Shown piece by piece: positions 28,091-37,438 of a stretch of 64,000 bases of DNA. Origin of the DNA: Euryarchaeota archaeon UBA121 (lineage in GTDB: Archaea; Thermoplasmatota; Poseidoniia; Poseidoniales; Thalassarchaeaceae); the NCBI GenBank assembly GCA_002499865.1, contig DANL01000059.1:5460-69459 (forward strand), read 5' to 3'. Each line of letters starts with the position of its first letter. Position 1 is the stretch's first letter. The notes under the pieces are model-generated. The model worked only from the letters and a program-made list of their open reading frames with translations, was not told the DNA's origin and searched no databases. The position numbers were made by a program, and so were the translations under genes.

Positions 28091-28798
28091 ATGCAACCGA
28101 GCGGCCGCGGATACGACTCTTCAGTAGGAACTTTCTCACCAGACGGACGACTTCACCAAGTTGAGTACGCCCGTGAATCAGTAAAGAGAGGCTCCACAAC
28201 CGTTGGTGTAAAATTCAGAGATGGCGTCATATTGATAGTAGCTAAGAGAATACCCAGTAAGCTGGTAATTCCCGAGTCAATAGAGAAGATGTACAAGATA
28301 GACGATCACATTGGAATCACCACATCTGGATTAGTCGCAGATGCAAGACAATTGGTCGACAGGGCTAGGGTACAATGCCAAATCAACAAGATGACCTATG
28401 GTGACTCCATTGATGTAACAGATCTGGTCAAGAAAATGTGCGATTACAAGCAATCATTCACCCAGTATGGCGGTGCTAGGCCTTTTGGAACCGCGTTACT
28501 GATAGCCGGAGTTGATTCTGACGGCCCACATCTATACGAAACAGATCCTTCCGGAGCTTATGGCTCATATCAGGCAGGGGCTATTGGAAGCGGGCGAAGC
28601 GAGGTCATATCTTACTTTGAAGAGAAGTGGAAGCCAGAGATGACAGAAAATGCGGCAATAAAAATAGGGTTAGAGGCACTTTCAAAGACATTCGAAGACG
28701 GGCTTTCCGAGGAATCAGTAGAAATCTGTGTCATAAACTCAGAAGGTTACAGGGAGCTCACCGCTACAGATTTGGAGAAGCATATTTCCAAGCTCTGA
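28091..28798 (+). CDS. psmA: Proteasome alpha subunit
   Basis: YD...TFSPDGRL.QVEYA, QYGGARPFG and ETDPSG motifs. Confidence 0.95.
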   Translation: MQPSGRGYDSSVGTFSPDGRLHQVEYARESVKRGSTTVGVKFRDGVILIVAKRIPSKLVIPESIEKMYKIDDHIGITTSGLVADARQLVDRARVQCQINKMTYGDSIDVTDLVKKMCDYKQSFTQYGGARPFGTALLIAGVDSDGPHLYETDPSGAYGSYQAGAIGSGRSEVISYFEEKWKPEMTENAAIKIGLEALSKTFEDGLSEESVEICVINSEGYRELTATDLEKHISKL

Positions 28799-28845
28799 AA
28801 TAATAACTCCACTATGTCCTTATGCTTGTAGCATCTACGACTTAC

Positions 28846-29535
28846 ATGGTTAGTCTTGATGATGCGGTTATCGCCAGACTAGAAAAGGGCGGCTCAAGAT
28901 ATGAGATTTTAGTCGATCCTGATTTGGTCGATGCTTGGAAGGAGGATCACTCTTCTGTCGATTTGGATGAACTTCTGGCTGTCAGTGAGGTCTGGACAGA
29001 CTCTAGAAATGGCGAGAGGCCCACATCAGATGCATTGGAAAGCGTATTTGGAAGTAACGAGCTTCGACAATGCGTGGAGATTATTCTGAAACAGGGATCC
29101 ATTCAATTAACTACCGCTCAGAGAAAGAAAATGGTCGAAGAGAAGAAGCTCCAGATCATTAATGAAATTGCAACCACTGCTACTGACCCCAAGACAAGAA
29201 TGCCACATCCTAGAACTAGAATAGAGAACGCTCTCGAAGAGGCTCGTTTCTCTGTCGACCCATTCAAGTCTGTTGAGGGCCAAGTTTCAGATGCCGTAAA
29301 GGTACTGAAGCCACTAATTCCTCTTCAATTCATTACAATACGTCTGGCCTTCAAGATTCCCGGCTCATCTTACGGGTCTGTTAATCAAATTCTCAGAGAC
29401 CTAGTAATTCGTCAAGAATGGCTCACTGATGGGACATGGGCATGTGTCGTCGAGGTCCCGGGAGGCATGAAGAACGAGCTGATTAGCAAGGTCGCGAGTA
29501 GGGCATCTGAGGCCGAAGTCAAGGAGCTTGACTGA
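28846..29535 (+). CDS. Ribosome maturation protein SBDS/Sdo1
   Basis: VIARL..GG.RYEILVDP, G.IQLT and DPKT..PHP..RIE.A motifs; superoperon position. Confidence 0.95.
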   Translation: MVSLDDAVIARLEKGGSRYEILVDPDLVDAWKEDHSSVDLDELLAVSEVWTDSRNGERPTSDALESVFGSNELRQCVEIILKQGSIQLTTAQRKKMVEEKKLQIINEIATTATDPKTRMPHPRTRIENALEEARFSVDPFKSVEGQVSDAVKVLKPLIPLQFITIRLAFKIPGSSYGSVNQILRDLVIRQEWLTDGTWACVVEVPGGMKNELISKVASRASEAEVKELD

Positions 29536-29599
29536 CTTCTCACCGTAGGTGTCGACATCAACGGTTATGAATAGTAGGCCGGTCGGGCAGCTCGATAAC

Positions 29600-30268
29600 A
29601 TGAGTATTGAGAGCAGCGCGGACGGTCCGCGAGACACGCAACGTACCCTCGTCGTTGTGCCAGGAGAAGACCTGGGATCATCAGAGGGGATTGAAGCTGG
29701 ACATGGCGTTTTAGTCGTCGGGGACAGAATAATATCGACAAAACAAGGAAAAATGAGTAGAAAGGGAAATACAATTTCTGTTAGCCCTTTGCATACAAGA
29801 TATATGCCTAGGCCTGGAGACTTAGTGATAGGCCACATAGAGGGGTGTACCAACAACATATGGTTTGTTGACATAGGCGCCCCGTTCAACTCGATTCTGC
29901 CAATGAGTCTCGGCCCAGCTAAGGTCGAGTTTGGAGGCACTAGGAAAATACTAGACATTGGCGACTCTATTCTTTGTAGGGTTCAGGAGGTCGAAGAAAC
30001 ACATCAAAGCGTCGTCACTATGAAAGGAATGGGCCTCAGAAAGATTCGTTCGGGCGCACTGGATGAATTAGATCCGCATCTCTTAGGGAGACTCATAGGA
30101 AAAGGAGGGGCGTTCCTCAGGGAAATGAAGATGCAGACTGACTGTAGAATAGTCGTCGCCGATAATGGCCGTCTCTGGATCGATGGAGAGCTTGAAAATA
30201 TATTAGAGGTCAGAAAGAGGATTAATAGCATATCTTCAGAGGCCAAAATGATAGGAGTTGATGCATAG
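29600..30268 (+). CDS. rrp4: Exosome RNA-binding cap subunit Rrp4
   Basis: VVPGE, Y.PRPGDLVIG (S1) and RLIGKGG..NG.LW (KH) motifs; start uncertain (29549-29600). Confidence 0.9.
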   Translation: MSIESSADGPRDTQRTLVVVPGEDLGSSEGIEAGHGVLVVGDRIISTKQGKMSRKGNTISVSPLHTRYMPRPGDLVIGHIEGCTNNIWFVDIGAPFNSILPMSLGPAKVEFGGTRKILDIGDSILCRVQEVEETHQSVVTMKGMGLRKIRSGALDELDPHLLGRLIGKGGAFLREMKMQTDCRIVVADNGRLWIDGELENILEVRKRINSISSEAKMIGVDA

Positions 30269-30984
30269 TGGGTGGTTACGGAGATGTTCAGATGATTGAT
30301 GAAAACGGACTGAGGATGGATGGCAGAAAGCCAGGAGACCTTAGGCCAATATCAATAGAAACAGGCGTAATCCCTGTCGCAGATGGCTCATGCAGGATGG
30401 TTTGGGGTACCAATGAGGCCATAGTTGCAGTTTACGGGCCAATGGAAGCGCACCCTAGAAAGATCCAACGCCAAGACAGGGCGGTCATAGATGTCGCATA
30501 CAACATGGCGCCATTCTCTACCACCGATAGGATAAGACCAGGCTTCAACCGTCGAAGTAGGGAGATAAGTAAGGTTACCAAAGATGCTTTGGAGAGCGTA
30601 GTTCTCTTGGAGCTATACCCAAGATCAAAGATTAGAGTAAGTATCGAAATTGTATCTGCAGAAGCAGGAACTAGGTGTGTAGGTCTCACTGCCGCCTCAG
30701 TCGCCCTTGCCGATGCTGGAATTCCAATGACAGACATGGTCATCAGTGTAGCTAGTGGCAAGGTCAACGATGTCGTAGTTTGTGACTTGAACAAAGAAGA
30801 GGACAATTATGGAGAAGCAGATCTTCCTATGGGGATACTCCCTAACACCGGAGAGTTAGTATTCCTACAAATGGATGGCGACTTATCGCCAGATGAATTC
30901 AAGCAGGCTTGGGACTACAACGTAGACGCCGCCATGGAAGTTCACAAACTAATGATTGATGCACTAAAGGGAGGTGACAACTAA
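30268..30984 (+). CDS. rrp41: Exosome exonuclease Rrp41
   Basis: R.DGR...LRP, YNMAPFST, RRSREIS and DLNKEED motifs. Confidence 0.95.
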   Translation: MGGYGDVQMIDENGLRMDGRKPGDLRPISIETGVIPVADGSCRMVWGTNEAIVAVYGPMEAHPRKIQRQDRAVIDVAYNMAPFSTTDRIRPGFNRRSREISKVTKDALESVVLLELYPRSKIRVSIEIVSAEAGTRCVGLTAASVALADAGIPMTDMVISVASGKVNDVVVCDLNKEEDNYGEADLPMGILPNTGELVFLQMDGDLSPDEFKQAWDYNVDAAMEVHKLMIDALKGGDN

Positions 30985-31757
30985 TGTCCGCCCCAACAGT
31001 CCCCAATCTACTTAGGGACCATCTCGCGGATCTCGCACAAAACGACTCTAGGCTGGATGGTAGAGAGCAGTTTGGAGCGAGAGAACTCAAATTAGAAACA
31101 GGAATTCTCCCAAGGGCCGAAGGTTCCGCCAGAGTCACAATGGGCAATACAATAGTATTGGCAGGGGTCAAGTTCCAGCTAATGACTCCATATCCAGACA
31201 GGCCCAATCAAGGCGGTTTGATGTGTTCATGTGAGGTAAGGCCGATAGCAGGAAGACACTGGGAGGCAGGGCCACCCAGTCCCGAAGCAATAGAGCTAGG
31301 AAGAGTAGTAGATCGTGGCATCAGAGAATCTGGATGTATCGATGTTGACGATCTCTGTATTATTCCCGGAGAAAAGGCTTGGCAGGTCATTCTAGATCTT
31401 CATGCAATATCTGATGACGGCAACCTATTCGATGCGTTCGCCTTAGCAGGTATAGCCGCTCTAAGGAGCGCGACAGTTCCTGCAGAGAGGTTTGAAGTAG
31501 GCCAAGATTCGCCTCTAAAGGTATCCAAGAAGCCGATTATGTGTTCCTACCACAAGGTAGGAGGAAGATTCGTTTATGACGCATCATACAAGGAAGAATT
31601 GGGAGGAGACGAGAGAATTCATATTACTCTGGGCGATGATAATCACGTCCACTCTCTCCAGAAGGGTCTAAAGGGAATCTTCACGGCAGAAGAGTTTGAA
31701 GAGATAATGGAGCACGCCAAGTCTAGGTGCGCTGAGTTAAGGAAAATTGTAGACTGA
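30984..31757 (+). CDS. rrp42: Exosome subunit Rrp42
   Basis: RLDGR, AEGSARV, PYPDRP, RVVDRGIRES and DDGNLFDA motifs. Confidence 0.95.
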   Translation: MSAPTVPNLLRDHLADLAQNDSRLDGREQFGARELKLETGILPRAEGSARVTMGNTIVLAGVKFQLMTPYPDRPNQGGLMCSCEVRPIAGRHWEAGPPSPEAIELGRVVDRGIRESGCIDVDDLCIIPGEKAWQVILDLHAISDDGNLFDAFALAGIAALRSATVPAERFEVGQDSPLKVSKKPIMCSYHKVGGRFVYDASYKEELGGDERIHITLGDDNHVHSLQKGLKGIFTAEEFEEIMEHAKSRCAELRKIVD

Positions 31758-31769
31758 TAGGTGATTTGG

Positions 31770-32138
31770 ATGGCAAAAAGAACACAGAAAGCAGGCTTAA
31801 CCGCGCGCTTTGGATCTAGATACGGAGTTAGTGTAAGGAGGAGAGCAGGATCCGCTCTGAAAAAGAAATCAAGGCAATATGTATGCCCTTCATGTCAGTA
31901 TCCAAAGGTCAGGAGAAAGGCTGCAGGAATTTGGGAATGCAAGAAATGTAACTATACATTTACAGGGGGAGTTTGGGAACCCTTTACCAGAGCTTCCGAT
32001 GCAAATAATAGGGTAGTAAGAAGATCAATGGAGGGCGCAACAGCTACCGATATGGCAGTCATCGCCCAGCAGGCCGCTATTGACTTCGAAAGAAAATTAG
32101 TGGAGGCGGACGAAGTTGCCGACTCTGAAGAAGAATGA
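31770..32138 (+). CDS. rpl37ae: 50S ribosomal protein eL43 (L37Ae) with C-terminal extension
   Basis: RFGSRYG, CPSC...GIWECKKC and FTGG motifs; AGGTGA RBS upstream. Confidence 0.92.
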   Translation: MAKRTQKAGLTARFGSRYGVSVRRRAGSALKKKSRQYVCPSCQYPKVRRKAAGIWECKKCNYTFTGGVWEPFTRASDANNRVVRRSMEGATATDMAVIAQQAAIDFERKLVEADEVADSEEE

Positions 32139-32358
32139 GGGGACAATCTCTCTGTTACTAGATTTTCCACACTTAGAAGCGAAGCATATCGCCAGTGGAC
32201 TCAAGACTGAATCAGACTTTACTGAGGACCGTGGAATTATCTCAATCTCAATATCGTCAAATAATTTTTCAGATCTTAGGGCTATATGGAATTCTACTCT
32301 GAGAGGGATAATAGCCTCTGAGCAAGCTTTGAATGCCATAAAGAAATCAGGTGAATAA
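32116..32358 (+). CDS. pcc1: KEOPS complex Pcc1-like subunit
   Basis: C-terminal DLRAIWNSTLR motif; canonical position between rpl37ae and pfdB. Confidence 0.7.
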   Translation: MPTLKKNEGTISLLLDFPHLEAKHIASGLKTESDFTEDRGIISISISSNNFSDLRAIWNSTLRGIIASEQALNAIKKSGE

Positions 32359-32683
32359 TATGAATGCCAATAACGATGTTGCAGAGGCCCTCAAGGCAGT
32401 AGCTCAAGACTTACAGACAACGCTTGCACAGATGCAAAATGTCACCACCCAACTCAGTGAGTTAACAATCACAATCGATGCCTTATCGTCACAAAATCCC
32501 TCAAAGCCAGTTTACAGGGCTATTGGAAGCCTTCTTCTTGAGGTTGAAGATAGAGAATCATTGAAGAATGACCTGGAGCAATCTATGAGTGCTTTCCAAG
32601 AACACATGGATAGGCTTTCCGCCAAAGAGAACGAGCTCAGAGAAAAATACGATAGCTTAGTTAGAGCATACGAATCACAGTGA
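32351..32683 (+). CDS. pfdB: Prefoldin beta subunit
   Basis: Coiled coils flanking the VYRAIGSLLLE hairpin; superoperon position. Confidence 0.85.
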   Translation: MNNMNANNDVAEALKAVAQDLQTTLAQMQNVTTQLSELTITIDALSSQNPSKPVYRAIGSLLLEVEDRESLKNDLEQSMSAFQEHMDRLSAKENELREKYDSLVRAYESQ

Positions 32684-32687
32684 GAAT

Positions 32688-33518
32688 ATGTCAGTGAGAG
32701 GTTCTGAAGGAAGTTCTCTAAGTGATGATTTAGAGTCCATGCTCGCTCTTCTTTCAAAAGGAAAGGCATCCGATGCTAGGGAGCTCTCAGACTCCATACT
32801 TGAGAGATCTAGGTCCGCTTCTGAGAGAAATCACGACATAGAGGCCAGGGTTAGGATAGAGAGGGCACTCATAGGAGCAGTACCGGAGGAGATGATTGGC
32901 TCCGAATTGAGGTGGTGTGTAGATAGGATGAATGCCATTTCCAGTGGGTCTTCCGTACATGGTCTTGCTCTACTAAATCTAGCTACATGGCATGCAAATA
33001 GAGGTGAGCTGATGATGGCTTTAGCCACACACTCTGAAATCTCAATAAATAAAGGACATCCTCTTGACATCAATTCATTATCAAGGCTGGAAGTTGGCAG
33101 AATTCTTAGCTCAATGAATGACTACGGTCCGGCAATGAGGCATCTATGGTCTGCCAGATCGGGATTCATAGAATTGGGGATGTTGCCCGAGGCTATCGCA
33201 ACTTCTCTTGAATGGCTTGATTTAGCTCTTGATGATATAAATGATGAATCTCCAACAATGGCCTCCAGAATAGAACAGGCCAAACCACGCCATGGACCTG
33301 GAAATACCACATTTCCGGCTAATCCGTCTGATATCACCTCCATTGTAGAATACTTATTCCCAATACTAACTCAAGACTTATCCGGCACATCAAGATTAGA
33401 CATTGGGCTAATCATTGAGGCTTCCGAGAAATTGAATAGGCAAGTTTGGAAGGATGCCATAGCCTCTAGGAAGGACGAGATTCAGGATCCAAATCTTTTG
33501 GAAGTATTCCAATCATGA
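32688..33518 (+). CDS. Hypothetical all-helical (TPR-like) protein
   Basis: 276 aa ORF continuing the operon; Leu/Ala-rich helical pattern. Confidence 0.7.
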   Translation: MSVRGSEGSSLSDDLESMLALLSKGKASDARELSDSILERSRSASERNHDIEARVRIERALIGAVPEEMIGSELRWCVDRMNAISSGSSVHGLALLNLATWHANRGELMMALATHSEISINKGHPLDINSLSRLEVGRILSSMNDYGPAMRHLWSARSGFIELGMLPEAIATSLEWLDLALDDINDESPTMASRIEQAKPRHGPGNTTFPANPSDITSIVEYLFPILTQDLSGTSRLDIGLIIEASEKLNRQVWKDAIASRKDEIQDPNLLEVFQS

Positions 33519-33877
33519 TTCTTCACTTTATTGATCTCTTTTTCTTCCCAAGAAAGCCTTGTTGGCACTTCTATGCACCAACCAACTTCCTCTATCGAGG
33601 GATCATTAGAATCCCACGGCTCAGGGAACGGTGAATCATCTACCTCAACAAGAACGACTACTCCTCCCTCTACGAGGTCATGATCATAGGATACGGCGGT
33701 TCCCAGCAGACCCGTCTCTTCATACAACTCCCTCAAGGCCGCTACATCCCATTCCTCTTCATCGTTGATATTGCCTCCAGGAAGCTCCCAACCCCTCTCT
33801 TTATGCAATACCATTACCCAAGGGTTCCCAAACTCTTCACCTTTACTGGAATATGTCCAACACAATACGAACATCAT
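33482..33877 (-). CDS. NUDIX hydrolase
   Basis: Nudix box GGNINDEEEWDVAALRELYEETGL. Confidence 0.9.
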   Translation of the reverse strand: MMFVLCWTYSSKGEEFGNPWVMVLHKERGWELPGGNINDEEEWDVAALRELYEETGLLGTAVSYDHDLVEGGVVVLVEVDDSPFPEPWDSNDPSIEEVGWCIEVPTRLSWEEKEINKVKNHDWNTSKRFGS

Positions 33878-34869
33878 TCTCCCTCCATTTTCTTCCGCAA
33901 CTCTTGATTAATCTCAAGGGCCCCTTCTACTCCCTGCGCAGCCATCCGCCTAGTCACGAAGAAAGCTTCAGATAACTTCCCTTCGCTAACTAATTCCTCG
34001 ACCTCTCTAATCGGATCTTTGGCAATATCGTCCTCTACATCCTCATGCACATTGCTTGGAGTTGCCATATCTTCCATCTTCCTGAGGAAATCAACTCTCT
34101 GCTCTATTCCCGGGGACTTCCATTTTCTCTTGCTCTTACCATCCAGCTCAGCCTCCATCCTAGACTTGAACTCGTCTCTGACTTTATCACTGGGGAAACA
34201 AATCTGAGCCTGATCATAGCAAAGCCAGGCATCACTATACTCCTTCCTCCTCTCATGCATCCTTCCTAATGATGCCCACGCCTCATGATTAGTCGGCCTC
34301 TGTGCTAGGATTATCTTCGAAAGACGAATGAATTGGTCTTCGTCACCCGAATCCCGAATTCTCTCAATTCTTCTTGAGAATAGTAGATTCGCTCTCCTGT
34401 CCCTGAGGTCGAGCTTGCTAGTCCTGTCAAGAAATTCGGTTAGGACATCTTGAGATTCTGAGGCCATCTTCCACCAAACGTCTGGATCTAGAGGATCAGC
34501 TTCTAGGGAGGCTAGAAGCAAACTGTGTCCAGAGCTCAAAAAATCAATATGTTCCAATTGCATAAGTTGCTCTGGCTTTCTCCCAAGTACCGAAAATAGG
34601 TCTTCTAGTACGGACCTAATCCCTTCCGAGTCACCAAGTAGAGATTTCACCCTTACCAAAACTTTCCAATTTTCAGGATTGGTAAAATCATGTAATACTG
34701 CCTGCCTAGCACTTTGCTCCCCCCACTCTAAGTTCACCATTCTCTCTTGAATCACTCGGCCTTGTTCGTCCAATGCAAGGTTGACATACTTCTGAGATTG
34801 ACTTCTATGTCTGTCCCCAAGGCTTCTCCTAGGGTGTTGCAGACTATCTGCAATATCTGAATCTGACAT
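33874..34869 (-). CDS. TPR-containing hypothetical protein
   Basis: TPR-like P.NHEAWASLGRMH...YSDAWLCYDQA; GAGGT RBS before ATG 34869. Confidence 0.7.
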   Translation of the reverse strand: MSDSDIADSLQHPRRSLGDRHRSQSQKYVNLALDEQGRVIQERMVNLEWGEQSARQAVLHDFTNPENWKVLVRVKSLLGDSEGIRSVLEDLFSVLGRKPEQLMQLEHIDFLSSGHSLLLASLEADPLDPDVWWKMASESQDVLTEFLDRTSKLDLRDRRANLLFSRRIERIRDSGDEDQFIRLSKIILAQRPTNHEAWASLGRMHERRKEYSDAWLCYDQAQICFPSDKVRDEFKSRMEAELDGKSKRKWKSPGIEQRVDFLRKMEDMATPSNVHEDVEDDIAKDPIREVEELVSEGKLSEAFFVTRRMAAQGVEGALEINQELRKKMEGE

Positions 34870-34876
34870 ATTAACC

Positions 34877-36148
34877 TCACAAAACTGATTCGAAGGGGGA
34901 CTTATCAGCACCCGGAGTCAGAGTAGCATCCATCCCAATTTTACTTGTCACGCCATCCTCCGCTCTACTGGGATCGAGACTAGAACCTCTCTGTCCGCTC
35001 ATAATTATGGTATCTTTATCCGGTTGCCATCTAGTCATCAGCGCCCACTCCACTCTTTTCGGATCTGAAATATCTATGTCTTCATCGACCACCACCACTT
35101 GTTTCATCGAGGGATGGCCTCTGAAAGCAGCCTCTATGGCCTGCATCCCATCTCCCTCATTCTTGGGAACTATCTGGACTACTGAAGACAACCATCCACA
35201 ACCCCCATCGGTCATGTGAACATCCACACACTCAACCACTTTGGAAACTGAATTCTTTATGGTAGGGGCCCTCGGCATACCCATTAATGTCCTATGCTCA
35301 ATACCAGTAGGAATTAGGGCATGGAATATCGGGTCTATTCGGTGGTGTACACAGTCATACTCAATCACATGCTCCTGCCTAATGTCATCCACAGTCCCAG
35401 TAATGTCAACATAAGGCCCCTCATCGTCTCTCTCTGTGGTTATCCTGGCCTCCATAGCATACTCCGCATCTGCTGGGACCATCACCCCGTTAGGGAGCAC
35501 AACGACCTTCAGAGGGGAACCATGCAACCTCATATGCAAAGAAGATGCGACAGTCAACTCATCAACATAGTCCGAGAATGACATAGCGGCCGCCAGAAGT
35601 ACGGTAGGATCCGGGCCATTGACTACGGCAATGGGGACGTCATCGCCCACTTCTGCTGCTTCTGCACTGATGGTTCTTAGGTGTCTAGGAACTAACCTAG
35701 CCACAGTGTGATTACTATCCCTCAGTAATTGTCTATGGAAGGATACATTCCGCACTCCCGAATACTGAGCAACTATAATTGACGCAGATTGATATCTGCC
35801 ACCATCCTCTTCGAAGTGCCAAGGAATGGGAATTTTACCCAGATCTACTTGCTCTTGACCTGATTGCATTACGGGTGCGTCAGATGCATCCACAATTTCG
35901 GGCTCAGAAGGATTCTCCATAGCCCATGCAAGTACATCTATCAAATCACCAGGTGAAATGTCAAACATTTCACACAACCTCGACTTCTCCAGAACGTTCA
36001 GAGCCGCCCTGTGTCCCGGAGCCTCGGCAATGTTACTGAAAACTAAAGGGATGTCGCCCATCTTGTTCGAGGTTTCAATCATACCGTGTAAAACACTAGT
36101 AGATTCCTTTACATTATGAACGCCACTGAGCATGTCACGGAAGGCCAT
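34877..36148 (-). CDS. UbiD-family prFMN decarboxylase, probably anhydromevalonate phosphate decarboxylase
   Basis: DGGRY, SFHR, EGPYVDITGT, GGCGWL, HPSMKQVVVVDEDID and GSSLDPS motifs of the archaeal UbiD clade. Confidence 0.8.
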   Translation of the reverse strand: MAFRDMLSGVHNVKESTSVLHGMIETSNKMGDIPLVFSNIAEAPGHRAALNVLEKSRLCEMFDISPGDLIDVLAWAMENPSEPEIVDASDAPVMQSGQEQVDLGKIPIPWHFEEDGGRYQSASIIVAQYSGVRNVSFHRQLLRDSNHTVARLVPRHLRTISAEAAEVGDDVPIAVVNGPDPTVLLAAAMSFSDYVDELTVASSLHMRLHGSPLKVVVLPNGVMVPADAEYAMEARITTERDDEGPYVDITGTVDDIRQEHVIEYDCVHHRIDPIFHALIPTGIEHRTLMGMPRAPTIKNSVSKVVECVDVHMTDGGCGWLSSVVQIVPKNEGDGMQAIEAAFRGHPSMKQVVVVDEDIDISDPKRVEWALMTRWQPDKDTIIMSGQRGSSLDPSRAEDGVTSKIGMDATLTPGADKSPFESVL

Positions 36149-36234
36149 ATCGGGGGGCGGGGTCAATACATGCTTGAATGTTGGTGACATTATCCTCTCT
36201 AGGGCCCACTAAGTCGAGGCTATCCCGTCACGCT

Positions 36235-36275
36235 CTTATACCCCATGAGGGTCGGCGAGACATCATTCTGAGGTG
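36235..36275 (+). promoter_or_regulatory. Putative TATA box (CTTATA, 36235-36240) and ribosome-binding site (GAGGTG, 36270-36275) of the rps12 operon
   Basis: Motifs lie at plausible spacing upstream of the TTG start at 36281. Confidence 0.45.
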
Positions 36276-36280
36276 TTACT

Positions 36281-36721
36281 TTGGGTAGAGGTCTTTTCTC
36301 CGGGCAGAAGATGAAGTCCGATAGGAAGAGATATCGCTGGAAGGAGCGCAAGTTTAGGGACCGACAATTCAAGCAACAGAGAGGTGGTGTCCTCAAGCAC
36401 GATCCTCTAATGGGCAGTACTCAGGCCAAGGGAATTGTAGTAGAGAAAGTCGGCTTCGAGGCCAAGCAACCTAATTCTGGAATCAGAAAAGCAGTAAAGA
36501 TAAGTCTGATCAAAACTGGTAACCGACTTACCGCTTTCGCACCCGGTGATGGCGCAATTTCATTCATTGATGAGCACGATGAGGTATTAGTCGAGGGTAT
36601 CGGAGGTAGCAAAGGACGATCTTATGGAGATATCCCCGGTGTGAGATACAAGGTCATCAAGGTAAACGGCGTTTCCTTGGACGAAATGGTTAGGGGCCGT
36701 AAAGAGAAGCCGATTAGGTAG
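36281..36721 (+). CDS. rps12: 30S ribosomal protein uS12
   Basis: [23 protein letters not shown] and [10 protein letters not shown] motifs; TTG start with strong RBS. Confidence 0.95.
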   Translation: MGRGLFSGQKMKSDRKRYRWKERKFRDRQFKQQRGGVLKHDPLMGSTQAKGIVVEKVGFEAKQPNSGIRKAVKISLIKTGNRLTAFAPGDGAISFIDEHDEVLVEGIGGSKGRSYGDIPGVRYKVIKVNGVSLDEMVRGRKEKPIR

Positions 36722-36729
36722 GTATCGAG

Positions 36730-37347
36730 ATGTCCGAAGAAGTAATCCATGAAGATTCTACGGTGGAAGCACCTATTGCCGGAATCGGCACCATGGTCTT
36801 CGGAAAGTGGGACGCCACAGAAGTAACTTGCTCGGATCCTGGTCTTGCTCCCTACATCAATCTGACAACTATAGGAACACCTCATAGCGGAGGGCGACAT
36901 GCCAATGCTTGGTTCGGCAAGTCAAAGCTTTCCGTTGTTGAAAGATTCATCAATAACCTAATGAGAACGGGTAAATTCTCAGGAAAGAAGCAACATTGTG
37001 CTAAGGCATACGAAGCCGCACTAGACTCAATAAACAGTAGAACAGGAGAGAACCCCCTACAGTCATTCATTGACGCAATTGTTGAGGCATCACCATGCGA
37101 AGAAATAACCAGAATCAAGCAGGGCGCAGTAAGCACTCCTAAGGCAGTAGACTCTTCCCCTAGCAGAAGATTAGATATCGCGTTGAGAAATCTCGCAATA
37201 GGATGTACCTCTGCCACCGCTGGTAGCAAGAGAACTCTTGTTCAAGGCATAGTTAGTGAGATAACTAAGGCGGCTGAAGGAGATGTTGCAGCTTACTCCA
37301 TAGGAAAGAGAGAAGAAATCGAGCGCGTAGCCGCTTCTGCAAGATAA
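36730..37347 (+). CDS. rps7: 30S ribosomal protein uS7
   Basis: FGKWD, PHSGGRH, VERFIN.LM, AVDSSP.RR and ERVAASAR motifs. Confidence 0.95.
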   Translation: MSEEVIHEDSTVEAPIAGIGTMVFGKWDATEVTCSDPGLAPYINLTTIGTPHSGGRHANAWFGKSKLSVVERFINNLMRTGKFSGKKQHCAKAYEAALDSINSRTGENPLQSFIDAIVEASPCEEITRIKQGAVSTPKAVDSSPSRRLDIALRNLAIGCTSATAGSKRTLVQGIVSEITKAAEGDVAAYSIGKREEIERVAASAR

Positions 37348-37438
37348 TTCTTCTGCACTCTTACGGTCATGTTTTACTTCTCCCCACAATCGGATTTATG
37401 AACCATAGTCAGGTGGACGGAACAATTGAGGAATTAGG

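Noticed and set aside
28091-32683. Proteasome-exosome gene cluster as a novel system
   Set aside because: This is the well-known conserved archaeal exosome superoperon.
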